This document shows, one piece after another, positions 1-13,276 of a stretch of DNA of 64,000 bases. Source of the stretch: Botryllus schlosseri (Eukaryota). Within the stretch, counting starts at the first letter, position 1. Each line of letters begins with the position of its first letter. Below the pieces are notes generated by a model. That model saw only the letters and a list, made by a program, of their open reading frames with translations. It had not been told where the DNA came from and made no database searches. The position numbers and the translations under genes are program-made. The stretch spans positions 3,162,001 to 3,226,000 of the forward strand of contig CM119385.1 in assembly GCA_051294905.1 (NCBI GenBank). The letters run 5' to 3'.

Positions 1-40
1 TAGCTTGTCTAGATTACTTTTCATGTAGTACTACTTAGAC

Positions 41-1225
41 CAGGGGTTCTCAACCCGCGGCCCGCGACATCTTTCAGTAGGAACGCAATTACTACTGGCA
101 CTGTATTGTTATGGATGACCGATGTGTCACATGTGTCGAAGAACAGTTGTTGTAACGAAGCGCAGTACCTTAAAATGGTACCACGATAGTTTCTTCTGGA
201 GTTGTACTGCCTGATCGGGTAGAAAACGTTGCTAGCTAGGTTTCAAGCCCACCAATCCATGTTTCGAGGCATTGTTAAAATTGCCGAATACGTTACAGAC
301 GCATTGCTCATAATTGCTTGGAATATCGCTAAACCAAAGAATCTGTTAGAGAAGGTGTGACTTCAATAAAACTTTAACGTACTGTGCGAATATTCGCTGT
401 TTCCGGAACTTTGCAGCAAGTCCAACATCACCTGACAAATTTCGAAGCTAAATTGTCTGATTCAACAGTCACCAGAAGAGTAACAGCAAAGTCAGTCGAT
501 CTTTTATCGCATGTTCTGAAAAACGTTTCCACGTAGACTACTTTAGCCTAGCATTGGACGAATCCACCGACTGCACACACGTGGCATAGCAAATTATCCA
601 AGTGCGTTTTATCAGACTGGACATATTTCCAGAGGAAATGCAGACGGGCAAACGTGGGGAGGGGACCAGTGAAAAAACATCCACTTTACAAAGCTGACTT
701 CTGTAACTATTGGTGTAGGGCTCCAGCCATGGAAGGAAAGGAGAAGACTTGATTGGTTTGCTCAGAAATGATCCCGAACGCCTGACTTCTTCTGCTATCA
801 CTGAGAGCTCAAAGGGCTATTGGCCTCTGTAACGAAACAGTTACCGTAATTTTATACTTGCTCGCTCACGCATTGAAACAGAGAGTTCGGTTCTTTTGTG
901 GAAGGGTTTGAAGCAGGGATATCTAGAACTAGGTGTTCTAGATATCCCTGGGTTGAAGGTGCAGATACCGACTTGGCAACGTATGCAATGTACGCTCCAT
1001 GAAGGGATTTACTTGTGCCACTGGAAGTTAGATATTCTCACAAAAAACTGCAATGTTTCATAATGCATAAAAATGTACTAAATGCCCGTATAAGACTGGT
1101 AAATGGGCTATAGTAGCCTAAATTGAATAGCAGCCCGCAAATACATGGTGATAATGTTCTGCGGCCCGCAGCCTCTTTCGCTGTTAAAATGCGGCCCGTA
1201 ATACGAGGGAAGTTGAGAACCCCTG
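41..1225 (+). mobile_element. Non-autonomous hAT (Buster/Charlie/SPIN-like) element with decayed transposase remnant
   Basis: Perfect 14-bp TIRs CAGGGGTTCTCAAC (41-54) / GTTGAGAACCCCTG (1212-1225); perfect 8-bp TSD ACTTAGAC (33-40, 1226-1233); internal + strand YFSLALDESTDCTHVA*QIIQVRF (about 539-610) matches the Buster-type first catalytic Asp motif, with stops. Confidence 0.92.
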
Positions 1226-1339
1226 ACTTAGACAGTTGTGATTAAGTTGAACATCGACTGTAGTGTCTGTAGTGCTGTATTATTGTTATTTTAATTTGAT
1301 CAGGTACACGGCTTACTCATTTATACTGTATATCTATTG

Positions 1340-2194
1340 AAATTACGGCCTCGCAAGTTAGTGACGTTGTTGAAGAATGGTACGATACTCCCCCGGAAAT
1401 TGTCCATGAACTTCTCTTCAACGACTTTGATGAAAGCATGGACACCATATCTGTTCCAAATATTATTCAGCAACCAGTGGATCTTGAACCATTGCTGCGC
1501 TCATTGGAGTTCAAAGACCCACCAGAACTATCTGAAAAAGGTATTGAACTAGCTACGGGATGGATTATCAGTATGAATTCTACTAGAAATCCAGATGATA
1601 TTGTGATGAGTTACAGTAAGGTTTGCGGTGATCCAATATTATTTACAAAATCAAACGACAGGCTTTTCTCTGCCAAATTTTTATTCGAGCTCATGGAAAA
1701 TAATTGATAATGGAATGAAGCCACCTCAGCCGGAGTCATTGGTCTCTGCCAGCATTTCTGAAAGGGAGAGAGATATTTTAGAATACATGGCTGGTTTTAC
1801 TTTGAGAAAGGCAATTCGAAAATTCAATGACCAGTTAGACCGATCTTTGCTTGAATATCTTATAAATAACAGTGGCAAGCCCTTTGGCAAGTTAATCCCC
1901 CTGATGTAGCGCAAGTCTGGGGCGCTTGTATATCCAAGCTCAAAACTGCTCTTTCTTCTTAGGAGAGTCTACAGAGAGTTTACGAGGGAATGCAGCAAAT
2001 CCCCAATATTAATGAACTTTTCAATTTTGCAGGACAGAGTTGTCCAAAGTTCATACGTATTCAACTTCAGAAGCAGCATCAACAGAGCAACGTGTGTCCA
2101 TTCCAAACTAGTGATGGACTATGTCATTGGCTTATTTCTTAGAGTGTTGGGTCACTCCTTCACAAAGAAGCTAGTTAACAAGCTTCGGAAATGA
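1340..2194 (+). pseudogene. Frameshifted transposase C-terminal remnant, P-element/THAP9-like
   Basis: Joined ORF pieces give ERDILEYMAGFTLRK...LIPLM*RKSGALVYPSSKLLF...DYVIGLFLRVLGHSF, resembling the YxAG(Y/F), LxYPS and terminal LxxxxxxFLxxxxH motifs of P-element transposase C-termini; several frameshifts and stops. Confidence 0.45.
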
Positions 2195-2301
2195 AGAGAG
2201 TCAAATAAAGGAAACCAGGGTACACGTGGTGATTTGAAGGGAAAACCTTGATCTGAAAGTGTTTTAGAATGTTTGCAATTTCAAAATTGATGGCATATAA
2301 C

Positions 2302-2494
2302 CAATCTTCCCTCTAATTTTTGACGAGTCTGCGCACACTCGCCAACTCACTGCGCAGACCCTTGGACAACAGTGCGTAACGACTAAAAAAAGGTCATCAC
2401 TTTGGATTTTTTGTGCGCAACTTAGATTTTCTGTGCGCAGAGACCGTCTCAGCACTGCGCATTTGCGCACTTGTGCAGCTTAGAGGGAACATTG
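2302..2494. mobile_element. 193-bp hAT MITE
   Basis: TIRs CAATCTTCCCTCTA / TAGAGGGAACATTG (13/14 match); perfect TSD CATATAAC (2294-2301, 2495-2502); TGCGCA-rich interior. Confidence 0.9.
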
Positions 2495-3696
2495 CATATA
2501 ACTTGCAATGTAGATTTTAGTGAATCTGGACGAGACAATGGCCTGCGTACATTGTGATTTAGTTGAACACACCGCCAGTGTCTTCTCTAGTTTATAATCT
2601 GCTATATTTTTCAGATTGACATGTTCTACCCGCGCTGCTAAGGATCGACATCTCATTGCAACAAGTATGTGATCGCAGGGTTCAACCAACAAGAAACGTT
2701 ATTACAAGAATGACGGTTCAATGACGACGCGAATATTTACAAACCTCTACCACATGAAGGTGTAGGGTACAATACTATATATATCACACCAGAAGCATTG
2801 TTGACTTCTAGTCATGCAATCCTTTCATTTCTCATCTGAGCAATAAATGAGCAACTTGCGACAGTCATCATGTGTGGTATTGTATATTGACAAATTATCA
2901 AGTATATTGACGATTTATCATCCATTTGCTAGATGTTAGCCAGTTATGCAGAGCTGTCCGGGGCACAACTGGTACGAGCAGAATGGTGCATGAAGGCACC
3001 ACGGAGACCAAAGTATAAACCCGGTTAAAATGAAAGATCTCCGGGTCGCCATGACCCTTTCATATCCAGCAAATGGGTTGGGTGTCAGTGACAGTTTTCG
3101 ATTTTTCTTCATATTTTGTAATCTCCTTGCATGGTCCGCGGCGTCATGTGGCTGGTCATCTTCATCTGAAAAATAACATCATACGGCAGCATACCATGGA
3201 CAAGTGGAACAATTGATGCAACGTTGGCCTGGGTGAAATTGCTTCAGTCTCTAGCTGAACCTCAATCGTTACTTAGTAATAGCACCACTCAAATGTTAGA
3301 ACCCCACTCAAATGTTAGAACCATTCTGTATACACAGGTTTACAACATGCCGCCGAAACCCCAAGCACAAAAGTATAAAACAATCCTATTCCTCTCATAG
3401 AGTGCAGTGGTTACAGCTTTATTAACATATGGTGAAGGTTAAAAAATAATATAACCTTGATGGACAGCTTTCATGACGATCATCTATCGCGGCCACTGCG
3501 GTCATCCTTGGTCTAAAATTGATTAGTTATGCAATGATATGATGGAAAAGGAAAAGCCTGAAAAAATAATATAACCTCGATGGACATCAGGATTGATTAC
3601 AGTCAGGAATTTCCTTTTCCATGCATATCAGAATTTAGGAAATTGTATCAAATGGTCTCTAACTATCTCACCTTGTTGGGAAATGATTATGAATTA

Positions 3697-4458
3697 CACT
3701 TTCTTCTTCTTGACAATGGATTCTTCATAGATGGTAGTCCAAACATTATTAGCGCCATGCGTGGAGGAGGAACCGGCATTGGACCCTTTGATTTTCTTGA
3801 TGGACTTACGCTGAACCTGGTGTTGGAGCCCATAGTATGCCTGCGAAGCATCAGGATGCCGTGATCTATATGCTTGCATTCTCTGTTAGGTGAGAACGCA
3901 TTAGCGATCAAATTATGCCACAAGCTGTACAGTGTACAATTAACACAGACCAGATTTCCGAAACACGCTTCAAGAATATCTTGAGTAGATGACTTGAGCC
4001 ATACACGAGGCATCACTTCCAGAAATACTTCAGCCAATTTGACCAAATTGACCGACGTGAAAATGAGTCCCTCAAGAGTTAGACGAGCGATTATCCTTTT
4101 TCTCTTGCCTCTATGATGCTTGGATACGTCTTCCCTAAAACATGCAGCAAAATTGAATGAAACTGCTCACAATTCATCAAGACTTAGCTTGCTTACTTCT
4201 CAATCCATCAACGATTTCACAAAGTCCTTCTCAAGCCATGTCAAACGTTCATCTTTTTTTTATTGGACATTTATAGCCACAGTTGATGATCTCAAACCAC
4301 CTGCATAGAGTCAAAATTAATCAAAAATAAAAATAAAATGAAGAAATTTACTTGGAAAAAAGAAGTATGAATTTCGAAGTTCCTTCAGCTCCGGTGATCT
4401 TCGAGAGGCAATTTCTCACTTTCCAATTCAGAACTACTCTGGCGAGATCTACTTTCAT
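3697..4458 (-). pseudogene. Intron-containing P-element (THAP9-like) transposase pseudogene, catalytic core exons
   Basis: Removing GT-AG introns 4301-4351 and 3883-3950 gives MKVDLARVVLNWKV...GTSKFILLFSK|WFEIIN...DERLTWLEKDF...LMD*...LTLEGLIFTSVNLVKL...STQDILEACFGNL|RMQAYRSRHPDASQ. This matches the KMKV, FDxxN, DxRLxWL and SQDxLExxFGxxR motifs of P transposases; one frameshift (A-run near 4254-4261) and two stops. Confidence 0.85.
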
Positions 4459-4474
4459 CTGAATGACAATAGAC

Positions 4475-5690
4475 CAGTGGTCGAGAACCTATGGCTCGCG
4501 AGCCATATATGGCTCTTTTGGGTATAGGATATGGCTCTTTGCCAAATATTTATTTTTCTACTGAATTGATCAATATTGGCGCGACTTTTTAGAAAATTTT
4601 CATCGCGACTAGAATGATTATTGCCATGGCAGTGTAGACATGTCTTTGAGAGGTAAAGGAAATGCCGTATTCAGGGTTAGGGGCTCGAACTCTTTTGAAA
4701 ATCCTCAAATTTAAGTTACTGTCTCGTCGGCGACCACTATCACTCGCGAGTTCGATGTAACCTACCAGACACGAAATCTTGAATTGCGCGATACGTTGAT
4801 TGATCAAAGAGAATAGCAGACATGGCGACACCAATATGACGACGGAGTTTTCAAATACACATTGTCGTCCTTATCTACGGCTCGAAATGAACTGCCGTGA
4901 ACGTGACATTCACAACTACCAACTCGAATTACAAACAACGCCATAGCTATCCACGTTCTTGATTGGCAAGTTTTAGCTCTACCGGCGATAAAATAGGCGT
5001 GTAGCGCAACGCTATATGTTACTGCCGAATTCTGTGAGAATTGAGAAGTCGGTCAGTATTGAGATCTTCGGAATCAATGCGACAGTTACATTGGATTAAT
5101 ATCGGTTCTAATAAATTTTAAGCTATTTACGATAAATTGCGTTATCAATGGCGAGACTTGGCCAGTACGTGTCTTACCTTCCGTTTCGCACTATATTTTC
5201 GAACAATAAAATGCAAATTGTGTGAATTTGGGAGAAAAATGTTCAAAATCTAGTCATTCATGAACATCAATAGAAAATACCAATAATACTTGAAAGTTTC
5301 AACATTTTCGTTAACAGCTTATAGTGCGTAGGCCAGGCCTATATAGATTACTGTAGTGACCAATAAAATTTTTGGCTCCACCTACGCATGTGATCATATG
5401 TGTGCTCAGTGCTCACATTTAAAAGGAGCATCACGGCGAACCTACGTTCTTGTAACTCAAGTTTCGCATGCTCAAGCAAGGCAACCAGCATGATTAGTTG
5501 GAGTTTTTACAGAGAAAATGTGGCGCACTCAACGAATTCCGTATAGTTGAGTTCGAATTAGTTCTACAATGACGTCAGAACTTTTCAATTGTGACGTAAC
5601 AGCTGATTGACATGTATGGCTCTTTGGGAGGTAAAATGGAAAAAATAAGGCCAATTTGGCTCTTCGGACAAAAAAGGTTCCCGACCACTG
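4475..5690. mobile_element. Non-autonomous hAT element inserted in an intron of the P-element gene
   Basis: TIRs CAGTGGTCGAGAACCT / AGGTTCCCGACCACTG (15/16 match) with TATGGCTC subterminal motifs at both ends; flanking 8-mers do not match, so no TSD is confirmed. Confidence 0.6.
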
Positions 5691-6646
5691 TGTTAAATAA
5701 TAATTGCCTTGCTTTTCCAACCCCTTTTTTATCTTCTATTTTAGTTATTTTGTAAGTGTTTCGGGCCATGCCGCTGATTTATTCGCGTTTGGTTCATCCA
5801 CCATATAGCATGCATCAAAGTGATGAGGTAGATCAATTGTCACGAAATTGCTGAAATCTTTTGCGTATATCTTAATACTAATAATAAAGCGGTCATGTGT
5901 TGCCATGGATGGACTGTCAAATTCCAGATAATGCCACCGCCAGTCCTGTTATTAAGTGTACACTACTTCGAAATGTGTCCATGAGGTAAAGACATTTTTA
6001 AAAAATTTACCCAGTAATTTACGGAATTATTGATAGAACCTGAGTGATGCGACTGCGGATATAACTGATATGACGAGTCCATAGCATATTATATATACCG
6101 CTGATTTGAGTTAGCCATTATCGTTGGAAAATCACGTTCAGTAATTTTTCTGGAAGTCTTTTTGTTTCAAATGTAACCCTCGTCATGGCGAATGAAATAT
6201 TCACGAATATAAATTCATATGAATGAGATTTTATGCGTATATATTACCTCAATCCTACGGTGAGTGGATCTCGATGCGCGTGAACCATTCATTTGGAATG
6301 TTCATGAATCTGTAGATCTGAAAATTATTACCGAACGCAACTTGAAGAAAATTACTTCAAGAAATACGAGGAAGCTCTACGCACGAGATACTCGACAGAA
6401 CAAACTCACGCTGATGGCGACGTCAGTACCTCGAACAAAACTACTCCGACGAAAGTTTGGAGTAGGCTTACACTTAAAGCGACTGGCTGGTGATAATTCT
6501 GCTTGTCCCGAAGGTATAGCTTATTAAAGTTCTGGAAATGATTTTCCCGGTGGTGAAGCGTAGAGCGATCGATTCGTCGAGAGGATTGAAAACGATAAAG
6601 ATGCAAAGGTATCACTTCACTGAAATGTAGGGATGAAATTAGCAGT

Positions 6647-6759
6647 ATGACGTCACGTGACGTTATAGGTTCACGTTCGCTTTCACTTTCACACAGAACC
6701 GTTCAAAAAGGTTTGCGTTCACACGAAGCGGAACCTCTCAGGGGTTCGCGCCATCCCTA
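6647..6759 (+). repeat. 3' end fragment of the TAGGGATG-TIR MITE family (full copy at 22263-23969)
   Basis: ATGACGTCACGTGACGT...GGTTCACG...CCATCCCTA aligns with 23862-23969. Confidence 0.65.
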
Positions 6760-8469
6760 CATCATATATCACTAACTATTATCATCATTAGTGAAACTAC
6801 AATTCTGCCGTATAAACATATCAAAATAACTTCGATAGCTCTGCTACCAGCCTGCTTATTTTCACTGGACTTGAACACGCTCCACGCGGATAAAGTAAAA
6901 AATAACTAACCAGTAGTTTTCAGTCAGCGAGATTTCGAACGAGTGTTTTTTATTTCAGCTATTGACGTTGCGTTCTGCCTAAAATTTTTCTGCCGACCGA
7001 CTCGTGAGCGCAGCTTCCTCGGATATCGCCATGTCTCTTTCGGTAATAGTTACCATATCTACTCAATGATAATTATACTTTATGAATGACGGAATCACCA
7101 GCAGTTTATGTGATCCGCTGGCAGAAAAAAAAACGGACGTATTTCTCATTAAATCACATTCATATGATCGTCATTATAGCCTCAGATATCTCATTAGCTA
7201 CGAACCAGATATCTGGACTGCTGTTTCATATAATAGCACGGACTCCATCCCTCCCACACCAATGAATTACAGCACGTGCATGTTCTCCAAAGCAGTGCTC
7301 TTCCACCTTTTCGTCGTGGTACACCCTTTTACCTTTTATTCGAAACTCGTACACCCCTGAACCCCTGTCACATAACACACTGATGCCGTAGTAAGCTTAA
7401 ACCAGGACGGTTCGACAATCAACCTTATCGCTATCCACGACCTTTTTCGATTAGATATAAAGCATATAACCTCAATGGCATCTCGACGTCGTATACTCAC
7501 GACAAATTAGCTACTGGAAACTTGGTACCACGTATTGCCCTTGCGTATAAAAGTTGTTAACTGTGCCGGAGGTTTACTATATCTATAATCCAAAATAGGG
7601 AGTTTAAATGCTAGGGACTGTTATCTGGAATACTTTTCTGTTTGGAAACATAATTTCGTTGATTCTTGGTTGTTTCATACAATACTGTCAAATATTTGTC
7701 CATTCTTTGCCCACGTGATCAGATTAACTATAGAGCTGATGTAAGTGTTGTCTTCGAAAATTTTGGGCGCATAATTAATGACGATACATCTTCTAGTTTT
7801 TATTAATCACTTTGTTGCATGTTGTTATTTTTTACCCCCCATCAAGATTGTAGGCATAGTCGAAATATGTATTGGAATCGCCCGAACGTAGCAGAATAAA
7901 CCTTCATTCGTGAAACGCACACGATTCTGACTTGGTATTTCCTTATGGGGTGCATCAATTTCCTCTGTGGCTCGCTGTGTGGCGCAGATTACACTAATAT
8001 ATTAAAAACAAAAAGATTACCCTGAATCGCACCAGGCGTGAATAAGATTTTCAAGTTTAATCAATACCTCTCTTAAAAGATATAGGAACCAAATTGTTAA
8101 CTCAAATTGCATATTGACGGCCGTCAACACACGCTAACTTAATTATGTGTAAAGAGGGCCGCATATAATTATTGTTTAACGGCTGCATGTGACCGTACCC
8201 CTGCAGGTTTCCACCTTTGACCAGTTGAAATATGTATATGAACAAGGCTGTGACGTATTGGGAATGCTAGATACTAAACAGGACTCCAGGTTTCAGGACC
8301 ACCACCTAACACAGTGTTTCTCAAACTCGACCCATTAACAATGAATGATGAACGAACGACAAGGAATTAACATTAGCATATTGCATCACAAAAGGAATGT
8401 AATTTACAAGCTGCGTACAACTGATGTGAACATTGTAATATATTTCACAACCGGTCAACATGTTCTGAG

Positions 8470-8944
8470 TAGGGCTGGCCAAAATCGAGTTCCTGAGTGA
8501 TTCGATTCTGAATCACGTATTATGCTTCGAGTCGAGTCGAGTCTTCGAGCATCACTCATTATCTCGTCATAACAAAGTGTAATATGTCAAAGTTAAAATA
8601 TGTACCACTTATGCCACCACAAAGAATATAATGCCTGTTATTCATCATATTCAAGATTTCTGACAATGTTGTGGGAGGATCATGACTTCCGAAATGTTTT
8701 TCCAGTCACAGCCGTAGCTTTGTACTATACGTTTCATATGCTGCGAAAGGCCAATCCGGGTTTCAAGGCTTCCACAGTGGAAAATAGTATCGAAACCGTA
8801 ACTCTCGTTGATAAAATAACTTGCAATGGCGAGGGGCGTAGAATTTCAGTACTCGGAAAAAATCGTCTTTTGCTACTCGATTCGAATCTTTGAAATAATT
8901 ACTCGATTCATATTCGAGTACTCGAATCATTGTGCCCAGCCCTA
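8470..8944 (+). mobile_element. hAT MITE (TAGGGCTGG TIR family), copy 1
   Basis: TIRs TAGGGCTGGCCAAAAT / ATTGTGCCCAGCCCTA; perfect TSD GTTCTGAG; subterminal TCGAGT/ACTCGA repeats; homologous along its length to 17154-17661. Confidence 0.92.
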
Positions 8945-11029
8945 GTTCTGAGGTATAACATTGCCTATTTATTGTGATAGCTAGGTATTTGTCTATTTTA
9001 ATGCGGGCCTGGTACACCCCGGTTCACCCCATCTGAATGGTACACCCTTTTATAAATTTGGTACACCCCGAGGTGTACGAAGCACCCGGTTGAAGAGCCC
9101 TGCTCTAAAGCAGTTGTCGGCAACCGTTACTGCTCCGTGGACCGATTTCGGAATGAAATCTTTTCGCGGACCGAACACAAATGTTCAACGTTGAAAATTG
9201 ATTGCACCTCGTGCACTATAATGTCAGTAAAGTGTGTTCAGTACGACAGTAACTTGTAACACATATGTATTGAATAAAGATATTAACATGATTTGCTTCC
9301 ATTTTTGCCTGTGATCTTAGCAATTATGCTAAAGCAGTGGTTCTTAACCTTTTTTCTCCATCGCCCCCATTCGAAAAATGCCTGGTTCTGGCGCCCTCTA
9401 TTCTAAGGATTGTAGTAAAAATTAATGAGTAAAGTGATCGAAGTCTGGCTGGGACTTCACTATTAGGCCACTCGACTAACTAACGGTATAATTGTATGTG
9501 CTATTTTCGGGATCAAATCCAAGTTGTTATAACAACCATCGGGTAAGGCCTACAGGCTCGTAGCATTTGGTTCTAGGTCGATGTACGCATCCCGAATTCT
9601 GCACTGCGATTGGAAATACGGGGAAGTTAATTGTATTGGTGTTTGTTTTATTTCTTCGCGCGACTACTAAATCAACTGAGAATGTGGTAGAGATCTTTAT
9701 ACCCACATTCAATTTAGTACTTCACCAACCTCTCAACTTGAACATAAATGGGGGTAACAGCACTAAGCAGAATCATCCGTTATGATACGATGAGGAAATA
9801 TTCTGACGATATACTTTGGTAGCTCTCAGATACAAGTATATTCAGATAATCATTCTGGCCAAAAATCTTCAAAACATCTTTAATGTGGGAAGGGCATCTC
9901 TCTCAAAATTTGTACAGTACAGTGCTATTTTGATATCGACACGCAGTGCGCTGCAGGATACAATACCTAGTTCAAAACATTTTGTGCAAAATAACCCGAG
10001 CTATCAGTATCAGTATCAGTTTATTAATATTTTCATCATTTCCAAACACCACAAAACTGCGATACAATGAAAAGGTGTCGAAACGACTTGGAGTAGCTAT
10101 AGCGTGACGGGAGTGTCTTATCGGGAAATGGGCAATACAAAAGTACGCCAAATTTATTCTACATGAATCAAAAAAACCAGTGCATGCATGGAAACATCGT
10201 TGGTGGATTCATTATTCAATCTGTCAATAATATAGCTAATTGCAAGTGTATTGCTATATTTTTTAACCTCTCTCAGCCCACGTAGTGGCCTACTCAGTTT
10301 TACCGCTGGAGCTGAGGGAGGTAGGCCTACTTTCTTGGAAATATTCGGGAGGGCCCGTTGGTATAATTACTTCGTTGCATGTTGTTATTTCGTGACCTCC
10401 CTTCTGTTATGTGAAAAGATATTGAAATCGCCAAAGCGTAGCAAACTAAAAAGACGCACCCGATTCCCGATTGGTATTTCTTCACTGGCAAATATTGCCT
10501 ATGGTCAATTGGACTTCGTGGTTTTCAGTCAACATAAGGGCAGTCTTTTTCGGCCAAGGTTTTCTCGCTGTCGAGCTTTTTTTCCCTTTACTTGGTTAAT
10601 TTGATCAGCAGTTGCAACCGCAGTGCCTTCTCGGAATCCCTTGTTGTCCTAAAGTTCATTTATCTTGGTGCGTCGTGGCGCGGTAATGGCTAACGCCGAA
10701 ATGCCTAGCTCTAAAAACCAATGATCTCTAAATCGCGCGGAGCGCGAGAAAAATTTGAATGAAGTTGCATAAATTTTCAAAAAAATACCCTATAATTTAA
10801 GTACATTCACAAAATTATTTTGGGCGCCCGTCGAGCTCGCCACCCAATTGGGGGGTTTGGGGTGCGGGAGTTACAGTCCTATAATATACAGCTTATTGTC
10901 TTGGTAGTTGGTTTGCGAGAAGTGTGCAGCTTGCCGAAATGGCCTACTTGTTTAGCCAAGGTTGCAGTTATTAACCATCTTTGAATTTCAACTTTCCGCT
11001 TTCTTTTTTGACATCCTTTATGGGTGGTG

Positions 11030-11460
11030 ATATATTCATAAAAATCATGGGCACTGATTCACTTGTTTCACGAATTATGGATTTGGAAACACATCACGTA
11101 ACAATTTGAAACACAGATCGTGTAATGCGTAATGTGACAATGGCAACAAAGAAGGTTTGGTGACTTCTGGTGACTTTAATTCTAACGGCATAATTTGCTA
11201 CATTGACTATACTTTGAATCTGGATTAGGCATGTGAGGTACGTATAGGCTGCGTAAGTGCGTAATCACGGTATGTTAATGAACAGGCTTGATAGTAAACG
11301 AATTTCCGGTTCAGTTTATACATCCTATGGTTGTAGTCCACGCAGCAACATTAAAAAGTAGGTTTGATATTTTTAAATTTCAAGCAACCTTTCGCGGGCC
11401 GCACAGAATCGCTCGGCGGGCCGCATTTGGCCCGCGGGCCGCACTTTGCCCAGGTCTGCA
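11030..11460 (-). repeat. 5' part of the CAGACCTGGGCAA hAT MITE family (full copy at 46590-47924)
   Basis: Reverse complement aligns with 46590-47010; a further copy lies near 38000-38450. Confidence 0.75.
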
Positions 11461-13211
11461 TTATACTAAGATAATTATCGAACATCAACAACAGATCGCG
11501 AGTAACGCGAAGTAAATCTATACTACTTCCAGGAATTCTGGCATCCCGCAAATATTGCATAATCAGTGGGCGCCAAATTGCTACCAACCTAGCAGCGATT
11601 AGAATCAGTAGCAGTACATGCACAATCATTTCGTAGCGAACACAAACGAGTCGCAATAAATAAAGCCGACACAATACTTATCCATTCAATTCTGTATATC
11701 AGCCTACAACACTTAATGCACTTACCAGTTGGATTTACCGTTAGAGATGGTGGAAGTGAATTGTACAATGTACAATTGTACATCTTTAGCCATGCTCATG
11801 GCACGCAGTCTTCGGGAATTTACCGAGGGCTCGCATCGAGGGGGCTATTATTATAAATAGCTTTGTTGGAGCATGAACTCCGGTAATGATTGTCGCTACT
11901 CAAATGTTATTGGAATCGGTTACGCGTACTAGATCAAACAAAAAGAAAAATATTACAAATTACCATTTCTTTCGCTTTCATTTTGCCACCATCCAAAATA
12001 ATGTTCAAGTTCGAGTAATCCAGGTTCAAAATAAAGCCAATATAGTAAAGTATGCCATTACAATAAATTTTGCAAATCACTGTTTCCATATTCAAGTTCA
12101 AATCTTGTTTCTTTCCATTATAGCATTAGCAATTACAAGGTATGTGCTTTAAATTTCACACCACACGTTTCCAAATCCTAATTCCTCAAATAATGCAATA
12201 AGTGCACGTGATTAGCGGTCATCGTCGCTCATGAAGGATGTTATGTCACCAGACTCTCGGTAGATATCAATTCTGATGCAGCAATGAGGTTTTCAACCAA
12301 TCGATTACCGAACACGGTTGTTAATCAACGATGGCTATTATTGAGCGCAAGTCATGAACACCTGTAGTCCTGTACTAAGCGGATAATAAAGCTTCAAGTG
12401 TTGACTACACCGCAATGTACGATATCGTTGAAAGGTAAATTGCCTTACACTATTTCAAATCTTTATTGTACAGTGCCTGTTGTGATATTTATACAAGTAT
12501 CATATTCCTTATAAATTGCTGGGTCAACGCATTAATGCCATAAGGACCTACGTAGTTTGTGTGCGGAATATACAAACCAAATCCTTGTCGTGGTTTAGGA
12601 ATTGAAGGGGCGTTTGGCGGTAAGCCCAGGAAGTACAAGTGCGATATGCCTCGTGCTATTAGTTTGGACTGGGCACACGTTCAATGTGTATTGTGTATGG
12701 CTTCAGGAGTTTATGGAGATTTGCAAGTTGTTGAATATTTATGAGAAAATAAGATTACTATTTGTGTTCATTTCTAGATAGTATCCTACGCCATTCTCCA
12801 ATCTTTACCATCCAGATCCATACGTTATACCATTCTCTTAATTTCATTACCAAATGAAGGCCATGTTCCGAGTTGGATTGGTGGGCTCACCAAGTCGTTT
12901 TAACTCATTCCATTTTATCTCAATCGTGTGACTATTAAACTGCTGACTCTTTTACATTTCAGGTTGTATGTATTCGACCCAGAATTCCAAGATTACTGTG
13001 TGTTGATCATCAAGAAATAGCAATTCCACGAAGTAAATTTGCCATGTTGGTGTGTGAATGAAATGGAAATTCAGGGAGCTTTATACAAATATGTACCGGT
13101 GCGCATCGCGATATGTAGCCAAATTGCGAAACGCATCTACTGCACATGGCTCGAGAGAAACGAACAATGTTGTTCATCACGATATCCATTTGCTTACAAT
13201 TCATCGGACAT

Positions 13212-13217
13212 TTTATT
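13212..13217 (-). promoter_or_regulatory. Candidate polyadenylation signal of the DNMT3 gene
   Basis: AATAAA on the minus strand about 60 nt after the DNMT3 stop codon; position only, no transcript evidence. Confidence 0.4.
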
Positions 13218-13276
13218 CACATTCGAATATTCCAAATGTAGGTAACTATAAAGCGATCCAACTGATAGCGTTATAT

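Noticed and set aside
12559-13020. Possible plus-strand exons converging on the DNMT3 3' end (acceptor TTTTACATTTCAG at about 12962; LYVFDPEFQDYCVLIIKK*)
   Set aside because: Short, no family recognised, and no consistent upstream exon could be linked.
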